From an uncultured Alphaproteobacteria bacterium (GTDB lineage Bacteria > Pseudomonadota > Alphaproteobacteria > Rhizobiales > Xanthobacteraceae): a DNA stretch of 64,000 nucleotides. Of the stretch, positions 1-9,409 are shown piece after piece. Each line of letters starts with the position of its first letter. Position 1 is the stretch's first letter. The stretch lies in the NCBI GenBank assembly GCA_963811915.1, contig CAWETC010000033.1:3632-67631 (forward strand). Direction: 5' to 3'. The position numbers and the translations under genes were made by a program. The notes under the pieces were generated by a model. That model worked only from the letters and a program-made list of their open reading frames with translations. It had not been told where the DNA came from and made no database searches.

Positions 1-278
1 ACCCGACCGAGATGACAGTGACCGTCACCATCCGCCACGGGCTGGAGCAGCGACGCCAGTTCGCCAGCGATACTCCCCATTCCCCGCGACCGGGCGTCGC
101 CGGCGATCAACAACCCGGCCTGCGTGTCGGCGATGGCCGTAAAGACCAGCGCCATCTGGGTCAGTTGCAGCAGCGTGAGCAGACGTCTGACAAGCCGGTA
201 AGCATGGCGGGGCCGGAAGGTAAGACGGGAGAAGGAAAGGGAAGTCGACGGGCGGTGACTCGGAACGTTGCAATGCAC
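1..278 (-). CDS. possible partial CDS running off the left edge; N-terminus resembles the first TM helix of UbiA-type prenyltransferases
   Basis: Own minus-strand translation: GTG at 278, then ...RLVRRLLTLLQLTQMALVFTAIADTQAGLLIAGDA..., open to position 1. Absent from the ORF track because there is no stop inside the window. Confidence 0.25.
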   Translation of the reverse strand, partial: MHCNVPSHRPSTSLSFSRLTFRPRHAYRLVRRLLTLLQLTQMALVFTAIADTQAGLLIAGDARSRGMGSIAGELASLLQPVADGDGHCHLGR

Positions 279-315
279 GGCTAGCCGGATCGTAAAGGCC
301 AAGCACGGCCACCAA

Positions 316-640
316 TCACGTCCAATCCGAGAAAATCCGCATTCGCTTAACTGCCCGAGCCGCCGCGAGAACCTTGCGGTCGATATCGAGCGAACTTGAA
401 AGGTGTCGGCAGCCGAAGCCTTGCTCAACCCATTCCCCGAGTCGGGATCCAGCCGAATCAACCAATCGGCCACGTGGAACTTTGGCTGCCAAGCCGTGAT
501 CGGCACTACGACGCTCAATGAAGAACACCGACGGCATCACGGTTCACGATCGACCGCGGGGCGTTGCCGCTGCATTTCGTCTCCGACCGACGGGTCCAGA
601 TTCGACGAACCAGACTTCACCCCGGGAAGGTGTCGTCATA
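316..640 (-). pseudogene. PemK/MazF-like toxin, broken over all three frames
   Basis: The fragments GEVWFVE, NLDPSVGDEMQRQRPAV, IVNRDA, VPITAWQPKFHV..PDSGNGLSKASAADTFQVRS and LDIDRKVL lie in consecutive positions but in different minus-strand frames. Together they give the MazF signature. At least 3 frameshifts. Confidence 0.55.
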
Positions 641-899
641 GATTCCCTCTCCGTCCAACGCCGTCCATTCGTAGTCAGTTCGCCGCCCGGGCTCATAGAG
701 ATCCTTTTCTCAGCGCCTCGGCAGCGGGGCGTAGACGCATGTCCTGTCCGTGGCGTTGTTCACTTTTTGCGGTGGCCACTCGCAGGTCATCCTGAATCAG
801 ACGAAAGGTCGCGGCCTCGATCACTTCCAGCCTCTCGGCATTCAGCTCAGTGCCTTTCAATTCCGCAACCAATCTCCGCAGTACCCATAAGATTATCCT

Positions 900-2516
900 C
901 AATACCCCGAAGAACGCTTGGCATCCACCGGCAGCGATTGCGGCATTCTGAATGCAGCTACCGTCCCGTATTCGTACCTTTCTATCTAATTCCAAAGAAT
1001 GCACTCCGCTCACCGCATCTACCATTTCCCCGGCTCGACCGTGCGGCGCCTCCGGGGCCGGGTTCAGCACCGGCAAGCTTGGCAGCGTCGAATGCGGAGT
1101 CCCCTCGAGCGCCGGCTGACTCTCGCCTCGGCCGCTTGCCGCTTTGCGCTCTCCGCCGGTCCGGGCGGACGGCGACCCTGCTTCACATCCTCCTCCAGCT
1201 GCGCTTTCCGCCGCAGGATGTGGTGATAATGCTGGCGCGAAGCGGTGGGCCTCATCGCGGATATATTGCAACAACTTCAAGCCCAGCATTGTTCCGCGCC
1301 AATCGGATCGGCTCGCTGCTGGCCTGCACGTAAACCAGCTCTTCCTTCTTGGCCAGCGAGATCACCATCGGCGGCTTGACGTCCATTGTCTTGAAAACAT
1401 CCATCGCCGCATGGAGCTGCCCCAGCCCGCCGTCGATGAGGATCACGTCGGGATACAGTTCATTGTTCGCCCCCGCCTCGCGGTATCGCCGGCTGACGAC
1501 TTCCTGGATCGAAAGATAATCGTTGTTCCCCTGGCCGTGCTTGATCTTGTATCGGCGATAGCGCGTCCTTGAACGGCACGCCGTCGATGAAGCAGACCTT
1601 GCTGCCGACCATCTCGCCGCCCTGCAAATGGGCGATGTCGATCCCCTCGATAATCCGCGGCGGCTCGGGCAGACCCAGCGCGTCCTGAAGCTCGCCGACG
1701 CCTTCCTTCGGATCGGTGACAAACGCCTCGGGCTGCCAGAATTCCTGCTCGCCCTTTGCCCGCGCTCGCCCAGCGCCTTGCAGCGCCTTGATCTCGTCGC
1801 GCAGACTGCGCCGCCTGCTCGAAATTGCATGATCCTTCGACGCCTCGACCATCTCCTTTTCCATGCCGGCGAGGATCGTCTGCTTGTCGCCATCGAGAAA
1901 TCGGATCAGCCGGTTGATGTCCTCGCGATACGTCTCCTTGGAGATCTTCGCCGCGCACGGCGCGGTGCATTGCTTGATCGGATAGAGCAGGCACGGCCGG
2001 AAAAACCGCCGGTTGTCGATCGTCCTCGCGAATATCCAGATGACACGTGCGGAACTTGAACGCCTTCTGCAGCAGCGTCACCGCTTCCTTGCAGCGCATA
2101 CACGCTGGTGAACGGGCCATAGAGTTTCACCCCGTTGCTTCGCGGCTCGCGGGTGACGTACACGCCCGGGAAATTCCTCGCCGGTGGTGATCATCAGATA
2201 CGGGAACGTCTTGTCATCCAGCAGCCGAGCGTTGTACCGCGGCTGGATGTCCTTGATGAGCCGATTCTCGGCCAGCAGGGCTTCGACCTCGCTGTCGGTC
2301 TGGATGATCTCGAAATCGACGACCATGATCCAGCAGCCCGGATTTTCTTGTGTTCGAGCTTGGTGGACGGCCTGAAAATAACTGCCGACCCGATCGCGCA
2401 GGCTGGCCGACTTGCCGACGTAAATCACCCGCCCCTTGTCATCCTTCATCAGATAGACGCCGGGCGCCTTGGGCAGGCCTGGCTTTTTCGGCGAGTTTTT
2501 CGATTCGATCGTCCAT
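900..2516 (-). pseudogene. uvrC-like excinuclease ABC subunit C, at least 8 frameshifts (ends approximate)
   Basis: GIY-YIG N-terminus PGVYLMKDDKGRVIYVGKSASLRDRVGSYF...IIQTDSEVEALLAENRLIKDIQPRYN (ORF 2078-2449). Then YGPFTSV, EAVTLLQKAFKFRTCHLDI, RRFFRPCLLYPIKQCTAPCAAKISKETYREDINRLIRFLDGD, LRDEIKALQ, IEGIDIAHLQGGEMVGSKVCFIDGVPFK, YRRYKIK..NDYLSIQEVVSRRY, PDVILIDGGLGQLHAA and LQYIRDEAHRF in alternating frames. Confidence 0.75.
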
Positions 2517-2918
2517 TTCGCTCCGTGAGCCGCTAAGCCTGTAGAACAATGTTACGCCGGTCGGTCGGGAATGGTTGGAGTAGCGTTCAAACCAGGAATG
2601 GTGCTCCCTTGTCACGGTTCATATTTAGTAGGGTTTTTACTCCATTAAAATGCAGATTGTCCGGCGAATCTTCTTTTAATTTCAGTTCGGGTGATTACAC
2701 TGTCGGATGACATTTCGCGGATTTCCGTATTTGCGAGGTAGGTTGACTCACATCACAACGGTCCCAGGCGACCTTGTCGCCTGCCTCGGAACCAGTGGGA
2801 GTGTTGATGACATCCGAATAGATTGATCAGTTGGAAGCCGGTCGTGACGCGGACGCGCGCGGCCTCACCGATTCTCCTGCCAACGAGGCCTTACCTAACC
2901 ATGTTCGATCGGAACCGC

Positions 2919-4168
2919 TCAGGCGGCAACCGTATTGTGCGATATCGAGGCGGGTTTCGCGAAAGTTGCCCACCACGATCCGCCGCCGCGGCCCTCGTTC
3001 TTCAGTGGCTGCAGGCCAACGACCCAGCCGATGACTGGGATGACGAAGAGCCTGGCGGAAGCGTCGGAACTGGAGATCTGCAAGGCGGCCCTGCTTGCGG
3101 TGGCAAAAGCGCTGTTCCCGCGGGACACGGAAAAAGAGTACTCGCTGACCATGAAGTCGCCAGCTTCATCGAGGGGATTGGGAAAATCACGAATTCCAGA
3201 ACTTGGGCAGCCGGTGGAAAAACAAACTCGCCGGCGGCGGAAAGCCGCTGGTAAGTGCGGGCGGCGGCGTCTTCTTCCGCCCAAAAGCAGGTAGCCGATG
3301 GTCTGCGTGCCCAGCACAAACAGCCGCACCGGCATGTCCAGGGTGATCATCGCCTTATACAGCCGCCCCGTGGAGCGGCGGGCGCTGGCGAGGTAGCGGG
3401 CGTAGCCCGCACTCATACCCTGTATAGACGAAGCCGCGGTTCTTGCGCGTAGCTGATCGGGCCAAGATGGTGGATCTGAGCATCGGCCAGATAGTAAATC
3501 GGCCCGATGCCTCCCAGGCGAAGGCACAGGTTGACGTTCCTGACACCAAACTCGAATTGTTCGTCCCACCGTCCGGCGGCGACATCCAGCCAGCCCCGCC
3601 CCCGCACGATTCAGGGCGGCGGCGGCGAGCTGGCGGGCCTGACCGCCTTTTTCGGGGTCGAAACCCGCCGTAGCGGTACGCCTGGTATTCTTCCCTGCAG
3701 TCTGGTTCATCGAGGATGCATCTGGCTGTGGGTAAGCAACACCCCAGGGTAGGCAGATTGCGGCCGGATTGCTGCGGCTTCGCCCGCTTCCTATCAGCTC
3801 TCGGCCTCACCGCCGAATAGTGCGGGTTCTGATCCATGAAGGCCACCAGCCTTTTCAGCCTGCACCGGGCGGGACAAGGGTAATCGTCGTCGAGAAACAG
3901 CAGATAACATGCTCGCGGCCAGTTCGGCGGCTGTTGTTGGCCACCGAAAAGCCGAGGTTCCGCGGGTTGAGCTTCAGCAGGACTTCCGGAAACTCACCGG
4001 CAATCATTTCCGCCGAGCCATCGGAACTGGCGTTGTCCACGACAATCGTTTGCAGGCGCATGTCCGGCTCGGCATCTCGCGCAGTGACGCCAGCGTAGGT
4101 CTGCGCAGCAGGTTCCGACAACTGATCCAGTTAACGATACAGATCGAGACGTCGGGGCGGTCGGGCAT
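2919..4168 (-). pseudogene. family 2 glycosyltransferase with C-terminal membrane region, at least 4 frameshifts
   Basis: [22 protein letters not shown] (start 4168), IVVDNASSDGSAEMIAGEFPEVLLKLNPRNLGFSVANN, LLFLDDD...FMDQNP and GGWDEQFEFGVRNVNLCLRLGGIGPIYYLADAQIHHLG lie in different minus-strand frames. Confidence 0.65.
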
Positions 4169-4976
4169 CCGTGGCGAGGGTTGTATCGTCTGTCGCCGGG
4201 TTCTGCAAAGGGAGGCCGCCGTGGTGCGGGCATGGCTGCCGTCGAACTGCGGGAGCCGTCTCGGGCACCACGGCATATTCCGGGACTTCGCCGATGAACG
4301 TCTCGCCGGTGTCGCGATCGACGATCTTGGTGGAAGCGCCGAGGAACACGCCCATCGCCAGCACCGCGCCTTTGCGCACGATGACGCCCTCGGCGACCTC
4401 GGAGCGCGCCCCGATGAAGCAATCGTCCTCGACGATCACGGGTTCGGCCTGCAGCGGCTCCAGCACGCCGCCGATGCCGACGCCGCCGGAAATATGCACG
4501 CGCTTGCCGATCTGCGCGCAGGAACCGACCGTGGACCAGGTGTCGATCATGGTGCTTTCATCGACATACGCGCCGAGATTGACGAAGGACGGCATCAGCA
4601 CGACGTTCCGCGCGATGAAGGCCGAGCGGCGCACGATGGCGCCGGGCACGGCGCGAAAACCGGCATCGCGAAAGCGATTTTCGCCCCAGCCTTCGAACTT
4701 CGACGGCACCTTGTCCCACCACGAGGCCTTGCCGGGGCCGCCGGCAATTGCGCTCATGTCGTTGAGGCGAAATGACAGCAGCACGGCTTTCTTCAGCCAT
4801 TGGTTGACCTTCCATTTGCCGCTGCTCTCGCGCTCGGCTACGCGCGCCTCGCCCTTGTCGAGCAAATCGAGCGCATGATCCACAGCGTCACGGACTTCAC
4901 CCTTGGTCGCAGCCGATATGCCCTCGCGGGCGTCGAATGCAGCGTTGACGGTGGATTCGAGGGAAGCGAGAGACAT
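4131..4976 (-). CDS. dapD: 2,3,4,5-tetrahydropyridine-2,6-dicarboxylate N-succinyltransferase; last ~43 codons atypical
   Basis: [19 protein letters not shown]...[17 protein letters not shown]...hexapeptide repeats...GEVPEYAVV. The conserved C-terminal LYCAVIVK...INELLR motif is not found in any frame. Confidence 0.88.
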   Translation of the reverse strand: MSLASLESTVNAAFDAREGISAATKGEVRDAVDHALDLLDKGEARVAERESSGKWKVNQWLKKAVLLSFRLNDMSAIAGGPGKASWWDKVPSKFEGWGENRFRDAGFRAVPGAIVRRSAFIARNVVLMPSFVNLGAYVDESTMIDTWSTVGSCAQIGKRVHISGGVGIGGVLEPLQAEPVIVEDDCFIGARSEVAEGVIVRKGAVLAMGVFLGASTKIVDRDTGETFIGEVPEYAVVPETAPAVRRQPCPHHGGLPLQNPATDDTTLATDARPPRRLDLYR

Positions 4977-5071
4977 TGAGATTTCCTTGGAGCGGTACTG
5001 TTGATCAGGCAAAGGGCTTTTTCGGGATTTGGGGAGGGAGAGTCAACTGCCGTAGCGTCCTATTAGGTTGT

Positions 5072-5183
5072 CATCACCCGCGAAAGTGGGTGATGCAGTA
5101 TTCCGCAGCGCCAGAGCTTTATTTCAGAGGGCCCGGCATTTCAGAGCGCCCGGCGTACTGGATGCCCCGCCTTCGCGGGGCAT
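5072..5183. repeat. pair of GC-rich REP-type hairpins
   Basis: CATCACCC-gcgaaagt-GGGTGATG (5072-5095) and ATGCCCCGC-cttc-GCGGGGCAT (5162-5183), in the dapD / nucleotidase intergenic region. Confidence 0.7.
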
Positions 5184-5206
5184 GACGGCAAGGGGATCGC
5201 ATCGCC

Positions 5207-5908
5207 TTACCCTGCCAGCCCCTGCAAAAACCCGGTCAGGTCGTCCGTGACATGGTCGACATGATCGGCGCCGCGGCCTTCCAGTTCCCAGTCCTCGCGC
5301 ACGACTTCCCGGGTGCCGTCGGGCACCACCAGCACCGTGGTCATGCCTAGTTGGTGCGGCACGACGAGGTTGCGCGCCAGATCCTCGAACATCGCCGAGG
5401 TCGCGGGATTGACACGGTGATCCCTGAGGAATTTTTGGTAGGTCTGCGGCGCGGGTTTCGGTTCGAGCTCCGCGGCGATGATGTCGAACACCGCTTCGAA
5501 ATGTGCGCCGATGCCGAGCCGCGCCAGCACCTTGTCGACGTGATCGATCGAGCCGTTGGTCAGGATCAGCTTGCGGCCGGGGAGTTTGGCGATCGCGGCA
5601 CCCATCGCCGGATTCGGCTCTAGCGGCGAATGATCGATCTGATGCACATAGGCGAGATAATCGTCGGCGCGCACGCCATGCTCGGTCATCATGCCGCGCA
5701 TCGTGGTGCCGTAGCGCCGATAATAGTCCTTCTGAATCCGGCGCGCTTCTTCCGCGGATACTTTCAGCCACGTGCTGACGAACTCGCCGATCCGCTGGTC
5801 GACCTGCTGCCACAGATTGACGTGATGCGGATAGAGCGTGTTGTCGAGATCGAACACCCAGGTGTCGATATGGGCGAAGGGGCGGGGAGCCTTTTGCATT
5901 GCCGTCAC
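5207..5908 (-). CDS. HAD-superfamily pyrimidine 5'-nucleotidase-like hydrolase
   Basis: WVFDLDNTLYP motif I, LILTNGS, FEDLARNL. The whole ORF is intact. Confidence 0.8.
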   Translation of the reverse strand: MTAMQKAPRPFAHIDTWVFDLDNTLYPHHVNLWQQVDQRIGEFVSTWLKVSAEEARRIQKDYYRRYGTTMRGMMTEHGVRADDYLAYVHQIDHSPLEPNPAMGAAIAKLPGRKLILTNGSIDHVDKVLARLGIGAHFEAVFDIIAAELEPKPAPQTYQKFLRDHRVNPATSAMFEDLARNLVVPHQLGMTTVLVVPDGTREVVREDWELEGRGADHVDHVTDDLTGFLQGLAG

Positions 5909-5925
5909 CGCTCTCTCAACCCGTC

Positions 5926-6033
5926 GTCCCTGCGAAAGCAGGACCCATACCGCGGAATTCGCCGATAAGGTAGTGTGGTAGACGCCTTCCGTAAAACTGG
6001 CGCCGGTGGTTATGGGGCCCTGCGTTCGCAGGG
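5926..6033. repeat. pair of GC-rich REP-type hairpins
   Basis: GTCCCTGC-gaaa-GCAGGAC (5926-5944) and CCCTGC-gttc-GCAGGG (6018-6033). Confidence 0.6.
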
Positions 6034-6052
6034 ACGACGAGGGAGATGTTCC

Positions 6053-7039
6053 TCACGGCAGCGCGAAACGAAGCGTCTTGCCGCCGGTGCTCATATCGAC
6101 CGCGGCAAAGCCGATCGGGGCGAAGCCGCGGGTGCCGCAGTCGCCCTGCTCGTTGATCTCGAACTTGTTCTCGCGCGTGCAGATTTTCGTTGTGCCGCCC
6201 CAGTTCAGCGGCTTGTCCTTAAATCGGATGGTGCGGTTTTCGGCGTCGACCGCTTCGGCGAAGGAGAAAATCTGCTTCGGTTGGCCGGTCACATCCGGAT
6301 GCAGGCATTTGCCGGGCTCGATGCGATACCAGCCGCGGCTCGTCACCGCCTTGCCGTCGTCGGTGGCGACGGCGGCCATGATCTTGTGCGGGGTGTCGTT
6401 GCACCAGGTCAGGCCGGTGGAAGACGGCGACTGCACCGCATCGATCATCGCCGCAAAAAAATTTGGCGCCTGTACAATATCCGACGCCAGCCCGTGAGCC
6501 TTGAGGAACGCCGCCAAAGCGGCCTGCGTTTTCGGGCCATCGACACCGTCGATCGGTGCCGCGTCGTAGCCCGCGATTACCAGCAGCCGCTGAACGCCGG
6601 CGAGCCGCGCCTGTTCGTCGTCATATTCGCTGTCCTCGGCGAGATAGGCCACCAGATTGCCATCGTCGGTTTGAGTCGGCGTGATCTGGGTAAAGGGCGC
6701 CGGGGTTTGCCCGGGGCGGCACTGGCGGGCGGCCGCGATCACGAAATTGTCGGGCGCGACGCAAAGCGTGTCGCCGCCGCTTTGCGGGATCGGCGAGGCG
6801 CCGTAGACGCCGAGCGCACGGGCGTTCAGCAAAATGCGGTCGGCGGTCAGCGTGCCCTGCACCACGACGCGGCACGCCGCTGGATCGATGCGAAACCATC
6901 CGCGCGTCGCGGTGGCCGCCTTGTCGTCGATGCCGATGGCGGCCTCGACCACATAGCTCATGCGATTGCAGAGTTTTAAATCGGCATGGGCAGGCGCGAC
7001 ACTCGCGAGCAACGCGAAAACGGTAAAGAGGAAGGACAC
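6053..7039 (-). CDS. DUF1036 domain protein (two copies) with central peptidoglycan-binding domain, secreted
   Basis: GTG start giving VSFLFTVFALLASVAPAHA signal. DLKLCNRMSYVVEAAIG..GWFRIDP and LTWCNDTPHKIMAAVA..GWYRIEPGKC repeats. GVDGPKTQAALAAFLKAHGL (PG_binding_1-like). The ORF-track start at 7225 runs through a repeat element. Confidence 0.75.
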   Translation of the reverse strand: MSFLFTVFALLASVAPAHADLKLCNRMSYVVEAAIGIDDKAATATRGWFRIDPAACRVVVQGTLTADRILLNARALGVYGASPIPQSGGDTLCVAPDNFVIAAARQCRPGQTPAPFTQITPTQTDDGNLVAYLAEDSEYDDEQARLAGVQRLLVIAGYDAAPIDGVDGPKTQAALAAFLKAHGLASDIVQAPNFFAAMIDAVQSPSSTGLTWCNDTPHKIMAAVATDDGKAVTSRGWYRIEPGKCLHPDVTGQPKQIFSFAEAVDAENRTIRFKDKPLNWGGTTKICTRENKFEINEQGDCGTRGFAPIGFAAVDMSTGGKTLRFALP

Positions 7040-7066
7040 TTTGCGAACGGACGATCTTTTCCCGCC

Positions 7067-7192
7067 GTCATGCCCGGACTTGTCCCGGGCATCCGCGTCT
7101 TTTTTCCAATTCGCAGCCAAGACGTGGATGGCCGGGAGCGCAGACAAGTGTACGTAGTCTACGCAAGGCAGACTACTGTGCCCGGCCATGAC
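7067..7192. repeat. composite palindromic repeat, family B
   Basis: gtcATGCCCGG-acttgtc-CCGGGCATccgcgtctt ... aagacgtggATGGCCGGG...CCCGGCCATgac. Same architecture as 9273-9361. Confidence 0.75.
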
Positions 7193-7221
7193 GACGGGAG
7201 ACGTTTTGGTGGCCTGCATCT

Positions 7222-8118
7222 TCACTTGTGTATCAGCGTGCCCGTGCCCTGATTGGTGAACAGTTCGAGCAGGACCGCGTGCGGCTGCTTGCCGTCGATG
7301 ATGACGACGCCCTGAACGCCCTGCTCGAGCGCGTAGATGCAGGTTTCGACCTTGGGGATCATGCCGCCGGAAATGGTGCCGTCGGCGATCAACTTGCGCG
7401 CGTCCTTGATCGATAGTTCCGGGATCAACTTCTTCGACTTGTCGAGCACGCCGGGAACGTCGGTCAGGAGCAGCAGCCGCTTGGCCTTCAGCGCGCCCGC
7501 GACCGCACCGGCGAAGGTGTCGGCGTTGACGTTGAAGGTCTGCCCGGTTCCCGACGTCGCCAGCGGCGCCAGCACCGGGATCAGCTCATAACCGATCAAT
7601 TGGTTCAGCAGCGTCAGATCGACCTTCTCGGGCTCGCCGACAAAGCCGAGATCGACCACCTTTTCGATGTGCGAATCCGGATCGACCATGGTCCGCGTCG
7701 CCTTCGACGCCGTCACCATGTTGCCGTCCTTGCCGCACAGGCCGACCGCCTTGCCGCCGGCCTCGTTGATGTAGCCGACCAGTTGCTTGTTGATCGACCC
7801 CGCCAGCACCATTTCGACGATCTCGATGGTCGCGGCATCGGTGATGCGCAGGCCGGCGGCAAATTCCGACTGGATGCCGAGCCGCTTCAGCATGGTTGCG
7901 ATCTGCGGCCCGCCGCCATGCACCACCACCGGATTGATCGCGGTCTGCTCCAGCAGGACGATATCGCGCGCGAAGGCCTTGGCGACATCTTCGGCGCCCA
8001 TGGCATGGCCGCCATACTTGATGACGATGGTTTCCTCGTCATATTCCTGCATATGCGGCAGCGCCTCGGACAGGATGCGGGCCTGATCGAGCGGACTGAT
8101 ATTTGGCGCGTCGGTCAT
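7222..8118 (-). CDS. argB: acetylglutamate kinase
   Basis: [35 protein letters not shown]. Full length, 298 aa. Confidence 0.95.
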   Translation of the reverse strand: MTDAPNISPLDQARILSEALPHMQEYDEETIVIKYGGHAMGAEDVAKAFARDIVLLEQTAINPVVVHGGGPQIATMLKRLGIQSEFAAGLRITDAATIEIVEMVLAGSINKQLVGYINEAGGKAVGLCGKDGNMVTASKATRTMVDPDSHIEKVVDLGFVGEPEKVDLTLLNQLIGYELIPVLAPLATSGTGQTFNVNADTFAGAVAGALKAKRLLLLTDVPGVLDKSKKLIPELSIKDARKLIADGTISGGMIPKVETCIYALEQGVQGVVIIDGKQPHAVLLELFTNQGTGTLIHK

Positions 8119-8225
8119 GAAGCGGGTCTCTGTGTCAGCGGGGTCGGGCGGTTTCTATCCGATTGGCGGGCACGGCGCAAAGTACCGTGGGTTTCTTTAC
8201 CTCTCGGTGACAACAGGTTGCCGCT

Positions 8226-8600
8226 TCAACTCTGCCGCGGCCATGCCGCCGCGACCGCGAGCGCGAGCCAGCTCACGATCAGAAGCGTGCCGCCAGTCGG
8301 CGCGGCCATCGGGAACAGGCTGTGGCCGGCATATTGGCGCATCGTCAGGTCGCCGGCGAACAAGCCGGCGGCGACAACGAAGCCAAACGCAGCCGCGATC
8401 CCGATCCGGACGTGAATAACGCCGCGTTCGGCCAGCGCCACCGCGGCGAGTACGGCAGTGGCGTGAAACAGCAGCATCGATGATGCCGGCAACAGCCGCG
8501 CCGCATCGCCTTGATGCGCCGATGCGGCGGCCAGGATGACGCCATCGGCGCCCATGATACCGGCCAGGATGATCAATATCCGAAACAGGCGGGATTCCAT
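8226..8600 (-). CDS. DUF423 (YgdD/TMEM256-like) small membrane protein
   Basis: MESRLFRILIILAGIMGADGVILAAASAHQ... 124 aa with four hydrophobic helices. ATG at 8600 inside the longer ORF 8226-9323. Confidence 0.8.
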   Translation of the reverse strand: MESRLFRILIILAGIMGADGVILAAASAHQGDAARLLPASSMLLFHATAVLAAVALAERGVIHVRIGIAAAFGFVVAAGLFAGDLTMRQYAGHSLFPMAAPTGGTLLIVSWLALAVAAAWPRQS

Positions 8601-8602
8601 CG

Positions 8603-9253
8603 TCAGCGGCGCTCCCTGAGCAGGCGGACCATGGCGGCGCGCAGTTCCGCCATCCCGGCGCCGGTGCGGGAGGATGTCATGATGACTTCCGGAAACGCGG
8701 CCGGATGTTTGGCGAGCACAGCCAGGGTGGCCGCGCGACAGGCTTCCAGTTCGGCTGGCTTTACCTGATCGGCCTTGGTGAGGACGACCTGATAGCTTAC
8801 GGCTGACTTGTCGAGTGTTTTCAGCACATCGAGATCGACTTCCTTGAGGCCATGCCGGGCATCGATCAGCACATAGACCCGAGCCAGGCTGCTGCGCCCT
8901 TGCAGGAATTTGTGAATCAGCGCGGTCCATGACGCGATCTTGGCCTTCGGCGCGGAGGCGTAACCGTAGCCGGGCATGTCGACCAGCCGGAAGCCGGCTC
9001 TGTCGGGACCTTCGAAGAAGATCAGTTCCTGGGTGCGGCCCGGCGTATGCGAGGTCCGCGCCAGCGCGTTGCGGCCGGTCAGCGCATTGATCAGGCTTGA
9101 TTTGCCGACATTGGAGCGGCCGGCAAAAGCGATCTCCATGCCCGCCATCGGGGGCAGCGACTTGATCGAGGGCGAAGCCCAGAAGAACTGCCAGTCGCCG
9201 GCGAACAGTTTTCGCCCTTGTTCGATCAGGTCGGCCTCGATGTCGGCGCTCAT
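8603..9253 (-). CDS. engB: ribosome biogenesis GTP-binding protein YihA/EngB
   Basis: EIAFAGRSNVGKSSLINALTG (G1), DMPGYGYA (G3), LTKADQV (G4). Start MSADIEADL at 9253. The longer ORF start at 9358 lies in a repeat. Confidence 0.92.
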   Translation of the reverse strand: MSADIEADLIEQGRKLFAGDWQFFWASPSIKSLPPMAGMEIAFAGRSNVGKSSLINALTGRNALARTSHTPGRTQELIFFEGPDRAGFRLVDMPGYGYASAPKAKIASWTALIHKFLQGRSSLARVYVLIDARHGLKEVDLDVLKTLDKSAVSYQVVLTKADQVKPAELEACRAATLAVLAKHPAAFPEVIMTSSRTGAGMAELRAAMVRLLRERR

Positions 9254-9272
9254 GCGAAGGCTTTCTGTCCAC

Positions 9273-9361
9273 GTCATGGCCGGGCTTGTCCCCGGCCATC
9301 CACGTCTTTCTGTTCGGTAACATCGCAAGACGTGGATGCCCGGCACAAGGCCGGGCATGAC
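9273..9361. repeat. composite palindromic repeat, family B
   Basis: gtcATGGCCGGG-cttgtc-CCCGGCCATccacgtctt ... aagacgtggATGCCCGGC-acaag-GCCGGGCATgac. Confidence 0.75.
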
Positions 9362-9409
9362 GCGTTGGGTGTTTCTGCTCCCTTCGACGGGCTCAACAGG
9401 AGGAGTTCG

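Noticed and set aside
2540-2830. Lower-GC intergenic region with hairpin CAGGCGAC-ctt-GTCGCCTG (2765-2783); checked for an alphaproteobacterial LexA box (GTTC-N7-GTTC) upstream of the uvrC-like gene
   Set aside because: No LexA-type direct repeat is present, and the hairpin has no T-run on either strand.
4131-4200. tcgatc...aacctgctgcgc resembling the dapD ..SINELLR coding end
   Set aside because: The stretch translates as [16 protein letters not shown], a standard GT2 N-terminus, in the frame of the GT2 start codon. The resemblance is probably coincidental.
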